Positions 8,425 through 16,472 of a stretch of 64,000 nucleotides of DNA are shown in pieces. Below the pieces are notes generated by a model. The model was given only the letters and a program-made list of their open reading frames with translations. It was not told where the DNA came from and did not search any database. How positions within the stretch are numbered: the stretch's first letter is position 1; the number at the start of each line of letters is the position of its first letter. Source of the DNA: a virus; IMG/VR virus record IMGVR_UViG_3300020202_000074, positions 1,023 to 65,022 of that record; one strand, given 5' to 3'. A program made the position numbers and the translations under genes.

Positions 8425-9732
8425 ATGGAGTACCCTGACAGCCTAAAGCTGGAGGTCCTGACTCCGGAGAAAGCCCTGGCCCTCGCGGGCCGCCTCGTCG
8501 CCAAGATCCTCCCCAAACCAGCCCCCAACACCCCAGACACCCCTCAGGGTCTCCCTCGCGTCGTGGAGCACAAGACCACCGCGAAGATGAAGCGGAACAT
8601 CAAGGCGATCGAGACCGCCCTCGCCAAGGGCGACCTCCAGAAGTTCAACGCGATGGTGATGGAGTTGCGGGCCCAGATGAACACCGTAGAGTGGGCGAAG
8701 CTCGTCACCAACTGGACGGCCAAGAAGACCATCGGGACCTCCCCAGTGCGGGATGTGGCCGCCAGCCTCGTCGCCGTCGCCCGCGCGTATCCGACGCACA
8801 TCCTCAGCGGCCCCATCTACTGGCGCAAGGACCGCAAACCCGACTCGGTCAACGGTCGAGGCGCCATCGCATTCCAGATGTGGAGCCTCCTGGTCGACAC
8901 CCCTCACATCTTCCTCTACGACATGGACGACCAGGAGTTCGATCTCGGCCCGATGCGCCTCCATTACAACCTGAAGTACCTGCTCGCCCATTTCCCACAC
9001 TGGGATCCAGGTTACGCTATCAACACGGTGCGGGTGGAGCCCCTGGATCCCTACTGGCCGACTCACAAAGCAGACGTCAACCTCGCCGTTGGCGAAATCA
9101 CCACCGACCAACCCAGCCACCTCGCCCGGACCCACCCCTTCGCCGCCACTCACAACCTGGAGTGCCACCCGCACATCCGGGGCGGTCGACCCTGCTTAGG
9201 GACTGCGCTGCCCGCTCTGGCCAGGGAGCTCCACAGCTTGATGTTCTGGGAAGCCACCGACATCCTCATCGGCTACCTTCAGTCCTACAACCCCGCCGAC
9301 GTCTTCCGCTCCCTTGAGATGTGGAACGTCCCCGCCTGCGCCAACTGCGGCTACCTCGGCAAGAAGCCCGACGACCGCACCAAGTGCGACATCAGCGGCG
9401 GCGAGACGTGCGCCAACTGCCGTTACCGCGAGAACTACGTCGACCTCGACGGAAAGGCCCACGTCGTGACGGTGAACGGCACCCGGTACGGCCAACACTC
9501 CCTCCGCGAATGGGCCGCGAAGACGTACGACGAGCCCATCAAAGCACGCAGGGCCGCAGAGGCCGCTGCGATGTCGGTCGGCCTCTCCCCCAACTCCCTT
9601 CCCACTGCGTCCCCCGTAACGGAGCCCTCCGATGGCCCGAAGAAGAAAACGCGGAAAAAAGCCCGCACCCCTACCCCGTCCGATTACGCCCCCTTCGAGT
9701 ACGTCGAACCGTCCAGGGACGAGCCGTTCTAA
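8425..9732 (+). CDS. prokaryotic E2-like protein with C-terminal Cys cluster
   Basis: HPHIRGGRPCLG (Cys257) then L.SYNP.D; CANC..C..CANC; operon context. Confidence 0.7.
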   Translation: MEYPDSLKLEVLTPEKALALAGRLVAKILPKPAPNTPDTPQGLPRVVEHKTTAKMKRNIKAIETALAKGDLQKFNAMVMELRAQMNTVEWAKLVTNWTAKKTIGTSPVRDVAASLVAVARAYPTHILSGPIYWRKDRKPDSVNGRGAIAFQMWSLLVDTPHIFLYDMDDQEFDLGPMRLHYNLKYLLAHFPHWDPGYAINTVRVEPLDPYWPTHKADVNLAVGEITTDQPSHLARTHPFAATHNLECHPHIRGGRPCLGTALPALARELHSLMFWEATDILIGYLQSYNPADVFRSLEMWNVPACANCGYLGKKPDDRTKCDISGGETCANCRYRENYVDLDGKAHVVTVNGTRYGQHSLREWAAKTYDEPIKARRAAEAAAMSVGLSPNSLPTASPVTEPSDGPKKKTRKKARTPTPSDYAPFEYVEPSRDEPF

Positions 9733-9763
9733 GGGATACTCCGCTAAAGGTAAAGGCAACAAG

Positions 9764-10789
9764 ATGACACACGGATACAGCTACAACAGCCATGGCAGCT
9801 CCGGCTACCAGGTCAAGTCCTTCAGTCCCCCACCCCCTCCACAGCTGAGTTTCTCCGTCTACGCGTGGATGAAACTCCAGTGGTTCTGCCACGCGGCCGA
9901 CACCGAGGTCGGAGCGTTCGGCATCACCGACCCGGAGAATCCCCTCCACGTCGTGGACATGATTTTCCCACCGCAGAAGTGCACCACGGTGTCGGTCGAT
10001 TACGACGACCAGGGACTCATCGACTTCGCCATGGACTGCGCGGAAGCCAACATCGCCCCCGCCAACAGCATGCGGGTATGGATCCACACCCACCCCGGCA
10101 ACAGCCCCACGCCCTCCTCCACCGATGAGGAGACGCTCGCCACTGTGTACAAGGACTCGTCCTGGGCGGTGATGTTCATCCTCGCACGTGGCGGCGCCAC
10201 CTACTGCCGCCTGCGGGCGAACCCCGCCGACAAGGTGTCCCTCTCGTCGGAGATCAAGGTCGTCCTGCCCACCATCTTCGACTACATGAAGTACACCGAG
10301 GTCCCTCTCTCTCACGTCGCCACCTGGGAGAAGGAGCTCAAGGACAACGTCTCCAAACCCGCCGCCCGCGTCTATTCATACACCAGCAGCACTCCTTCCA
10401 ACTACACGCCTGTCGGCATTGCGGGTCACCGAGTCTTGAAGAAGGGCTACGACGACCTGCCCGCGTACAAGGCATGGATGGCGGATCGAGACTTCACGGA
10501 TCCCTTCCCCAAGTATCTGTACATGCACTACCCCGAGCTTTATTGGGTGTACTTCGAGCCTCCCGACTGGTGCAAGAACGATTACACCACTGGCCGACCG
10601 GAGCCCGCCACCTCAGGCATCATCGTCGCGTCTGAGGGTCCCGCCGAGCGGGTCAAGGCCCGCAAGCTGCTGTCCGCCGCCGAGAAGGCCCAAGACCTCC
10701 TCGATGACGACACCCAAGACACCCTCTACGGAAGCTCCGCCGCTGCTGACGACAACGAAATGGCCCGCTTCATGGAGGGCCGCCTCTAG
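9764..10789 (+). CDS. JAB/MPN+ (JAMM) metallopeptidase
   Basis: TEVG..WIHTHPGNSPTPSSTD = E..HxH..S..D motif; ATG 9764 after AAAGG. Confidence 0.85.
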   Translation: MTHGYSYNSHGSSGYQVKSFSPPPPPQLSFSVYAWMKLQWFCHAADTEVGAFGITDPENPLHVVDMIFPPQKCTTVSVDYDDQGLIDFAMDCAEANIAPANSMRVWIHTHPGNSPTPSSTDEETLATVYKDSSWAVMFILARGGATYCRLRANPADKVSLSSEIKVVLPTIFDYMKYTEVPLSHVATWEKELKDNVSKPAARVYSYTSSTPSNYTPVGIAGHRVLKKGYDDLPAYKAWMADRDFTDPFPKYLYMHYPELYWVYFEPPDWCKNDYTTGRPEPATSGIIVASEGPAERVKARKLLSAAEKAQDLLDDDTQDTLYGSSAAADDNEMARFMEGRL

Positions 10790-10820
10790 CCACGACGGGC
10801 GTACGCTGTGGAAGGACACA

Positions 10821-10964
10821 GGGCGGAAAAGCTATCCGCAAGCGGGCAGATGCAAGAGGCTGTAAGAGCACCGGCTCTTGGTGCCGGAGCGCTCTGAGCT
10901 GTACGTAGCTGGCCGGAAGGCCCCGATCAGAAGTCCCGAGCCGGAATCAAGCCCGGCCCGCCCA
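10821..10964 (+). ncRNA. possible structured RNA with acceptor/T-arm-like closure
   Basis: GGGCGG/CCGCCC-A plus GCCGG/CCGGC stem; internal hairpins incl. GGCC-GGAA-GGCC. Confidence 0.3.
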
Positions 10965-11047
10965 CCCGCACACCCCCCGCCAACCTGCGGCCAATACTTG
11001 CTGCTCCCCTCCACGGAGGGGTGTGGCCAATGCGAGGCGGGGGATTC

Positions 11048-11151
11048 GCCGGAGTAGCTCAGTGAAGGAGCAACGATTGATCCCCGTTGTGCCTTCCGGT
11101 AGAGCGTCGGAAGAACTCCGAAGGTCGCAGGTTCGAGTCCTGCCTCCGGCA
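11048..11151 (+). ncRNA. tRNA-like element: 34-nt hairpin in D loop, 5-nt anticodon loop
   Basis: GCCGGAG/CTCCGGC-A, GCTC/GAGC, TCGGA-AGAAC-TCCGA, GCAGG-TTCGAGT-CCTGC. Confidence 0.85.
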
Positions 11152-11193
11152 TTCAGTACCAGACCCCCTATCTAAATCTAAAGGAACCCGATC

Positions 11194-12006
11194 ATGCCCC
11201 GACAGACTGAAGAAGAAACGAACCTCCGCCAGAAGCGATTCCGTGACCTCGGCGAGAAGATGAGTCAGGCCTCCTGCGTCGTCATTGGCTGCGGCGCCAT
11301 CGGCCGCCAGGTGGCCATGCAGCTCGCCGTCATGGGCGTCGCCACCCTCGACCTCTACGACCCTGGCGACATCGAGGAAGTGAACCTCGGCACCCAGGGT
11401 TGGAGCCCCCTCGACGAGGGCAAGCCCAAGGCCCAAGTCCTCGCGGAAGAGATCGAGGATGTGAACCCCGACGTCATCGTCGGCACCGTCATTGGCACCT
11501 TCAAGGTGAGCCCCACCGCGCAGAACGTAGCGGATACGTACGTATTCATGTGCGTGGACTCGATGGAAGCTCGCACCGAAATCTTCCAGGCCATCAAGAA
11601 GGTGGCGGTGGAGGGAGCACCAGCCCACCTTTTCATCGACGCGCGGATGACGATGGAAGCCGCTCGGATTTTGGTGGTGGACAACCTCGCGGCCGACGAG
11701 TATTATCAATCCACCCTATTTGCCGACCGCGACGCGCTGGCTGACGGATGCACGACGAAATCGACCTTCTACTGCGCCAGCCTCGCGGCGTCGCTGATGG
11801 TGACGCAGTTCGCCAAGCACCTTCGGGGGATCGAGACCGACCGCGACATGACCATCGACCTTCGATCTATGGAACTGTTCCCCACCACCATCGACACGGC
11901 GCCCACAGCGGTGTCGCACACGTGCTCGGACAGCAGCCCGCCGGCGCTGGAGACCGCTGCGGTCGATGCCGTCCTGCGTAGCGTGACCGTCTGCCCGATG
12001 CCCTAG
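11194..12006 (+). CDS. ThiF/E1-like activating enzyme
   Basis: VIGCGAIGRQVA..DPGDIEEVNLGTQ..CVDSMEAR..IDARM..GCTTKST. Confidence 0.9.
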   Translation: MPRQTEEETNLRQKRFRDLGEKMSQASCVVIGCGAIGRQVAMQLAVMGVATLDLYDPGDIEEVNLGTQGWSPLDEGKPKAQVLAEEIEDVNPDVIVGTVIGTFKVSPTAQNVADTYVFMCVDSMEARTEIFQAIKKVAVEGAPAHLFIDARMTMEAARILVVDNLAADEYYQSTLFADRDALADGCTTKSTFYCASLAASLMVTQFAKHLRGIETDRDMTIDLRSMELFPTTIDTAPTAVSHTCSDSSPPALETAAVDAVLRSVTVCPMP

Positions 12007-12033
12007 ACCTCGTCCGATTCTTGAGGAGCTGAT

Positions 12034-12999
12034 ATGCCGTTACGGGAAGACCTCATCGCGAACGTCAAAACGCTGAAGCGCAAAGTGGCCCACCTCGAAC
12101 GACTGTTCGACGCGCTGCTTGTCCGTATCACCGGTCTCGAAGATGAGGTCTTCCCGGTCTCCAGCTCCACCATATCAGCGCCGGAGGCTCCCGACTCCCT
12201 GGAATCCAGCGTCAGCACCCTCGACGCACCGAGCACCGCATCGATTCCTGACCTCCCGCCCAACGGGCTGCCATTCCTCGTAGCAAGCCCTCTCCCAAAC
12301 AGTGAGGTGCGAGACGTTGGGGTCTCAGGGATCATGTCCTTAGCCGGCCACGACATCACCGTCTCTCCTGGCACCGTAATCCAGGGTACCCCTCGTGGCC
12401 TCAACGTCGAGAACGACGAGGACTCCGATCGTGTATTCAGCTATTACTTCACGGCCATCGGCTGCACCGGTTACGGTGCCTATCTCGCCCACGCGAGGGA
12501 TCACTACCACCACCACTTGCAGCTACGCCAGATCGCTGGCGCCAACATGGCCCTGTTCCGGCTCGGTGGTGGTGACCGGGTCATCATCAACCAGTTCGAC
12601 TTCGACAACTGGGCCGCGTTGAACGACAGCATCCGGGTCTATGGATGCCGCAACTTCGCCGCCCTGAACGGCGTCATCAAGGGCGGCCACATCCGCGTCG
12701 GCGTCCAGCACGGCGACATGGGCGGAGCCACCTTCCCCGCGACGAATCAGTGGTACCGGAATATCCAGTTCCACTACCGGGGCTCCCCGATGCCGGCAGC
12801 CTTCAGCTCCCATGAGTTCGTCGAATCCCTCACGATCGAGAATGTCCACGTCATCGGCGGCCAACGCTTCCTCGACATGGACCAGGAATACCACCCCGCC
12901 GTGACGATCAAGGGTTGCACACACAACGGCGTCCCCGTCACCCGTGCGATGGTGGGCGACTCCAACAAGCAGGGCTCCAACCTTCAGGTGCTCCCATGA
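12034..12999 (+). CDS. hypothetical protein, possible beta-helix C-terminal domain
   Basis: repeating short strands (YRNIQF, SLTIENVHV, VTIKGC); SD GAGGAG. Confidence 0.55.
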   Translation: MPLREDLIANVKTLKRKVAHLERLFDALLVRITGLEDEVFPVSSSTISAPEAPDSLESSVSTLDAPSTASIPDLPPNGLPFLVASPLPNSEVRDVGVSGIMSLAGHDITVSPGTVIQGTPRGLNVENDEDSDRVFSYYFTAIGCTGYGAYLAHARDHYHHHLQLRQIAGANMALFRLGGGDRVIINQFDFDNWAALNDSIRVYGCRNFAALNGVIKGGHIRVGVQHGDMGGATFPATNQWYRNIQFHYRGSPMPAAFSSHEFVESLTIENVHVIGGQRFLDMDQEYHPAVTIKGCTHNGVPVTRAMVGDSNKQGSNLQVLP

Positions 13000-13145
13000 C
13001 CCGACGACAGCAGGCGATGATCGCAGTCGGAGCCCCTTTGGCAGCGCTGGGCCTTTGGCTGCCCAATGGGACTCCCGCCGTGATCCTGGTCGCTCTCGGA
13101 CTCTCTCTTGTCTTCTGGCCAATCCTTGAAGAGTACAACGAATGA
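12996..13145 (+). CDS. small membrane protein
   Basis: MTRRQQAMIAVGAPLAALGLW..; ATGA overlaps both sides. Confidence 0.55.
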   Translation: MTRRQQAMIAVGAPLAALGLWLPNGTPAVILVALGLSLVFWPILEEYNE

Positions 13146-13939
13146 ACCAAACAGTGACCAAGGTCATTACGCCCTACATCTCGCTCTACGGCCTCTCGTC
13201 ATCGACGGGCATCGACCCGCCGCCGCCGGAGATTGTCATGGCGATGAGGAAACACCGGATTCGGCGTGTGAAGAACTCGCAAGAGATACTTCACGCCTGG
13301 ACGGGACCGGTCATGTTGGATGATGAGGGTGCGGAGTTCCAGCGGATTCATTGCGGCGAGGCCACGCAGGACGACTGGCAGCACTTCCGCAAGAGGGTGG
13401 GCAACATACCGGGTCTGCCGCCGAACCTCGGCATCTACGGGCTGCCGCCGCACGCGAATCCTTATGCCGAGGGCTGGTGCGATGCCTTCATGCATCAGTT
13501 CACGCAGTGGTCAATGCCCGACTGTGCGCTGGGAGAAGATGTTGAGGCCGATATGTACTTCGCGGGTGTTCTATGCAAGCGACAAGTCGCAAAGCACGGC
13601 GCGTCCAAGGTTATGCCGGTGCTGAAACTATGGACGATTGGCGCGACAAACGCATTGAATGCGCTTAGCCAAGACACACTCAACTGCTTGGTAGATGGTC
13701 TCTACGCCGTTGGCGTGCGGCACCTTCACTTCTGGGAAATCCACGAGGAAGACTACATCCGCCTCTCGATGGACCCACCGGAAAGCCACCCCGAGGCCAA
13801 GTGGGCCAACGACTACTTCGGCGACACGTACCGTTTGGACCCGTCGCGCATCCTGCCCGACGCCATCAAGTTCACCGTGCAGCGGTGCGAGATGATTCGC
13901 ATCGCGTGCGACAAGGCGATGGGGAGGGGGAAGCGATGA
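13142..13939 (+). CDS. hypothetical protein
   Basis: coupled ORF, 265 aa. Confidence 0.65.
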   Translation: MNQTVTKVITPYISLYGLSSSTGIDPPPPEIVMAMRKHRIRRVKNSQEILHAWTGPVMLDDEGAEFQRIHCGEATQDDWQHFRKRVGNIPGLPPNLGIYGLPPHANPYAEGWCDAFMHQFTQWSMPDCALGEDVEADMYFAGVLCKRQVAKHGASKVMPVLKLWTIGATNALNALSQDTLNCLVDGLYAVGVRHLHFWEIHEEDYIRLSMDPPESHPEAKWANDYFGDTYRLDPSRILPDAIKFTVQRCEMIRIACDKAMGRGKR

Positions 13940-14142
13940 GCGACAAGCATGTTGAAGCCGTCATCGCCAAGCATCGGGAACGAGCCGCCAAGGGACTGAG
14001 CAAGTACGGCGTCACAACTGAACGCACGGACCTTACGCCGCTGGAGTGGATGCAACACGCCCAGGAAGAGGCGCTGGACTTCGCGGTGTACCTCGAACGG
14101 ATGATTGCGAACGAACTTGCGCGGATTGGAGGCGACCGATGA
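13936..14142 (+). CDS. conserved small phage protein (all-alpha, MazG-like pattern)
   Basis: KGLSKYGVTTERTDLTPLEWMQHAQEEALDFAVYLE pattern. Confidence 0.6.
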   Translation: MSDKHVEAVIAKHRERAAKGLSKYGVTTERTDLTPLEWMQHAQEEALDFAVYLERMIANELARIGGDR

Positions 14143-14330
14143 CAAAATGTATTACGTTTGACGACTTGGAGGATCGAGACCGTGAGATCGCCGACCTCGC
14201 GCGGCGGCTGAGGACGGTAGAACTTGAATGTTCGGTTTGCCACCGCAAAATCGACTTATCAAAGGACCTCATCAAGTGCGCGCCCTGCGGAATGGGTACA
14301 TCAGTAGCTGCGAGGGAGCAGAACCCATGA
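14139..14330 (+). CDS. Zn-ribbon protein
   Basis: CSVC..CAPC; ATGA coupling. Confidence 0.55.
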   Translation: MTKCITFDDLEDRDREIADLARRLRTVELECSVCHRKIDLSKDLIKCAPCGMGTSVAAREQNP

Positions 14331-14509
14331 GCAAGATCAAGAAGTGGACATCAGCCGAACACCGCATCCTAATGTCTCTCATAGCGAGTGGCGTATCGGC
14401 TAGGGAGGCCAGCCGGCAGATGGAGCGATCGTGGGACTCCGTTCGACAGTTTGCATCTCGGCATGGCATCTCGTTGAAGCATCGCAAGGGCCGAAAGACC
14501 ACCACATAA
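14327..14509 (+). CDS. small helix-turn-helix DNA-binding protein
   Basis: WTSAEHRIL..GVSAREASRQMERSWDSVR. Confidence 0.7.
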   Translation: MSKIKKWTSAEHRILMSLIASGVSAREASRQMERSWDSVRQFASRHGISLKHRKGRKTTT

Positions 14510-14524
14510 GGGAGCTGTTCCACG

Positions 14525-15346
14525 ATGAACCTGCTTACCAGCACCGCATTGCCCGAGGGGTCGTTCCACTGGCCCCGCGCATACCAGGGGCCCTCGGTTC
14601 GGACTCTCTTCGACGAGCCCGCCGGGTGGGAGGGCACGTTGATCACTCCCTTCCACGCCTACGACCAGATCAAAGCGGCCCGCACCGTTTATCCCAAAGC
14701 GCAGCTCGGCGTCCTCGGCTGGCCACAGTTCAAGCCGGTTCACCAGGCCGACGACCTCCTCGCAGAGACGGCGGAGGCCTCCCGCATCAAGAGCGTCGTG
14801 AGCCTCGTTGACATGGTGTGCCCGGACTGCCGGTTGCCCGCCGCCGGCCACTTCGACACGTGGATGGGGCCCCAGATCGACACCGCCCGACGTCTTGCTA
14901 AGGGGAAGCCCGTCATCCCTATCGTCAGCCACCGGCGACGTTGCCCTGGCCCTCAGCACTACCAAGAGATCGGCCTCACAACGATCACCTTGCTGGTGCA
15001 GTTCCTGGAATCCATGCGAATCGACACCGTCATCCTCGTTACTGATGAAGTACCATGGATGATGGAACAATCGTTCATGGACCCCTCAGCAGGTGGCACC
15101 ATCGACGAACAGGCAGCCTTCCTCATTCGGCAGGCACAGAAGGCGTACCCTTGCCTCGTACACGTTGACGAGATCGAGTCGTACCACCTCAACGAGGTGA
15201 TGATGGCCGCCACCGCATTCCAGGGGGCAATCAACCTGTTGCCTCCCAGACGACAACGAAGAAATAGAGCGGTGACTGCTTCGGTTGATCCGCCTCCTCC
15301 TGCGTCGGCGGATCTCCCTCCGCACCCCACCACCGAAGCAATCTAA
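14525..15346 (+). CDS. hypothetical protein
   Basis: SD AGGGAG; 273 aa. Confidence 0.65.
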   Translation: MNLLTSTALPEGSFHWPRAYQGPSVRTLFDEPAGWEGTLITPFHAYDQIKAARTVYPKAQLGVLGWPQFKPVHQADDLLAETAEASRIKSVVSLVDMVCPDCRLPAAGHFDTWMGPQIDTARRLAKGKPVIPIVSHRRRCPGPQHYQEIGLTTITLLVQFLESMRIDTVILVTDEVPWMMEQSFMDPSAGGTIDEQAAFLIRQAQKAYPCLVHVDEIESYHLNEVMMAATAFQGAINLLPPRRQRRNRAVTASVDPPPPASADLPPHPTTEAI

Positions 15347-15357
15347 AGGAGCATGAG

Positions 15358-15681
15358 ATGGCCAAGAGACTGAAATCTAAGAACCCGATGCGTCCCGTAC
15401 GACGCACTCGGCACTACGCACGAGCGGCTGCCAGGAAGGATCGACACGTAGCCAAGAGCTCGCACGGCCGGTTCCTCACCCGCGAGGACCTCCTCAAGGG
15501 CAAGGCCACCCGCCCCGCCACCGTGAAGGTGTACAACGGTCCTCGCCCAGTACGGGCTCCGCGTATCACGTGGGAAGGTCGAAGTCCTCGAATGCTCAAG
15601 CCCCTTCGGCCCGAAGACCGACCGACAAGGTCAGAGCGCGTGACGAACAAGGACGTCAGCTTCGACCCGAGCAACGAATAA
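15358..15681 (+). CDS. Arg/Lys-rich basic protein
   Basis: SD AAAGGAG. Confidence 0.6.
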   Translation: MAKRLKSKNPMRPVRRTRHYARAAARKDRHVAKSSHGRFLTREDLLKGKATRPATVKVYNGPRPVRAPRITWEGRSPRMLKPLRPEDRPTRSERVTNKDVSFDPSNE

Positions 15682-15688
15682 CACAGTG

Positions 15689-15755
15689 GCCGACCACCGG
15701 AAGTCATGCAGGGGCCCATAACCCCAGCGGCGTCGTTCGATTCGACGGGTCGGCA
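15689..15755 (+). ncRNA. tRNA-Met(CAT)-like element lacking a proper D arm, C at position 33
   Basis: GCCGACC/GGTCGGC-A, GGGG-CCCATAA-CCCC, CGTCG-TTCGATT-CGACG; 67 nt. Confidence 0.75.
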
Positions 15756-15766
15756 TTCCCCCATCT

Positions 15767-16324
15767 ATGACAGCTGGTCATTCTCGGCTGGCAGTCTCCA
15801 AGGAACCAATGGTTCCTAGAATAAACGACCGACTTGGAGACATGCACACCATGAACCTTTCCTGGGACGTATCCGGCATCCCAAACCACCGCACCAAGTG
15901 CTTCTACAGGGCGAAGCCTGGTGAGCTAGACAACGTGCAGACCGCTGGCGAATCCATTCCGTTGGAGGATGGCCACGGTCGACACCTGATGAAGCTTCGA
16001 CCGAAGGTCGCCGCCCTCATATGGGCTAGCGCCCAGGTCGGCCTCTCGCACGTCAGTTTCGAGAACATCGAGGAGTGGCTCTATCGGCTCGACGCCTTGT
16101 TCGACGCGGGCAACGCCTTCATGTTTATGAATACCCCCGAGGGACGGGTGCCCGTCCGGCTCAATCGAAGGGACCTAGAGCTGTATGTCGGCCTACGAAC
16201 CTCCGCCAAACCCATCCCCCATCAGCTCTTCGACTCCATCATCCGAGGCCTCCGGATGGCACGACAGGCTGACGCCCTTCTCGACCTCACCAGCCACAGC
16301 GACGACGACGGCCTGGACGTTTAG
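15767..16324 (+). CDS. hypothetical protein
   Basis: ORF with codon bias; start uncertain. Confidence 0.6.
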   Translation: MTAGHSRLAVSKEPMVPRINDRLGDMHTMNLSWDVSGIPNHRTKCFYRAKPGELDNVQTAGESIPLEDGHGRHLMKLRPKVAALIWASAQVGLSHVSFENIEEWLYRLDALFDAGNAFMFMNTPEGRVPVRLNRRDLELYVGLRTSAKPIPHQLFDSIIRGLRMARQADALLDLTSHSDDDGLDV

Positions 16325-16472
16325 CACCTTCGACCCCGGCCACGAAGATGGCGACCGAGCCAACTACCACGTCGGCTGTGCAGAGTTCGCCCAACGATTC
16401 GCCCGAAAGATAGCAGGCGCGTGGTACTCGATGTACTACGTCGGTCCCGAAGCCCCTCGTAAGGAGGCCACG

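Noticed and set aside
7985-12006. Host thiamine/molybdopterin genes or a host Bil/CBASS defence island
   Set aside because: No thiG/moaE, CD-NTase or effector nearby; flanks are phage early genes with the same SD style and codon bias
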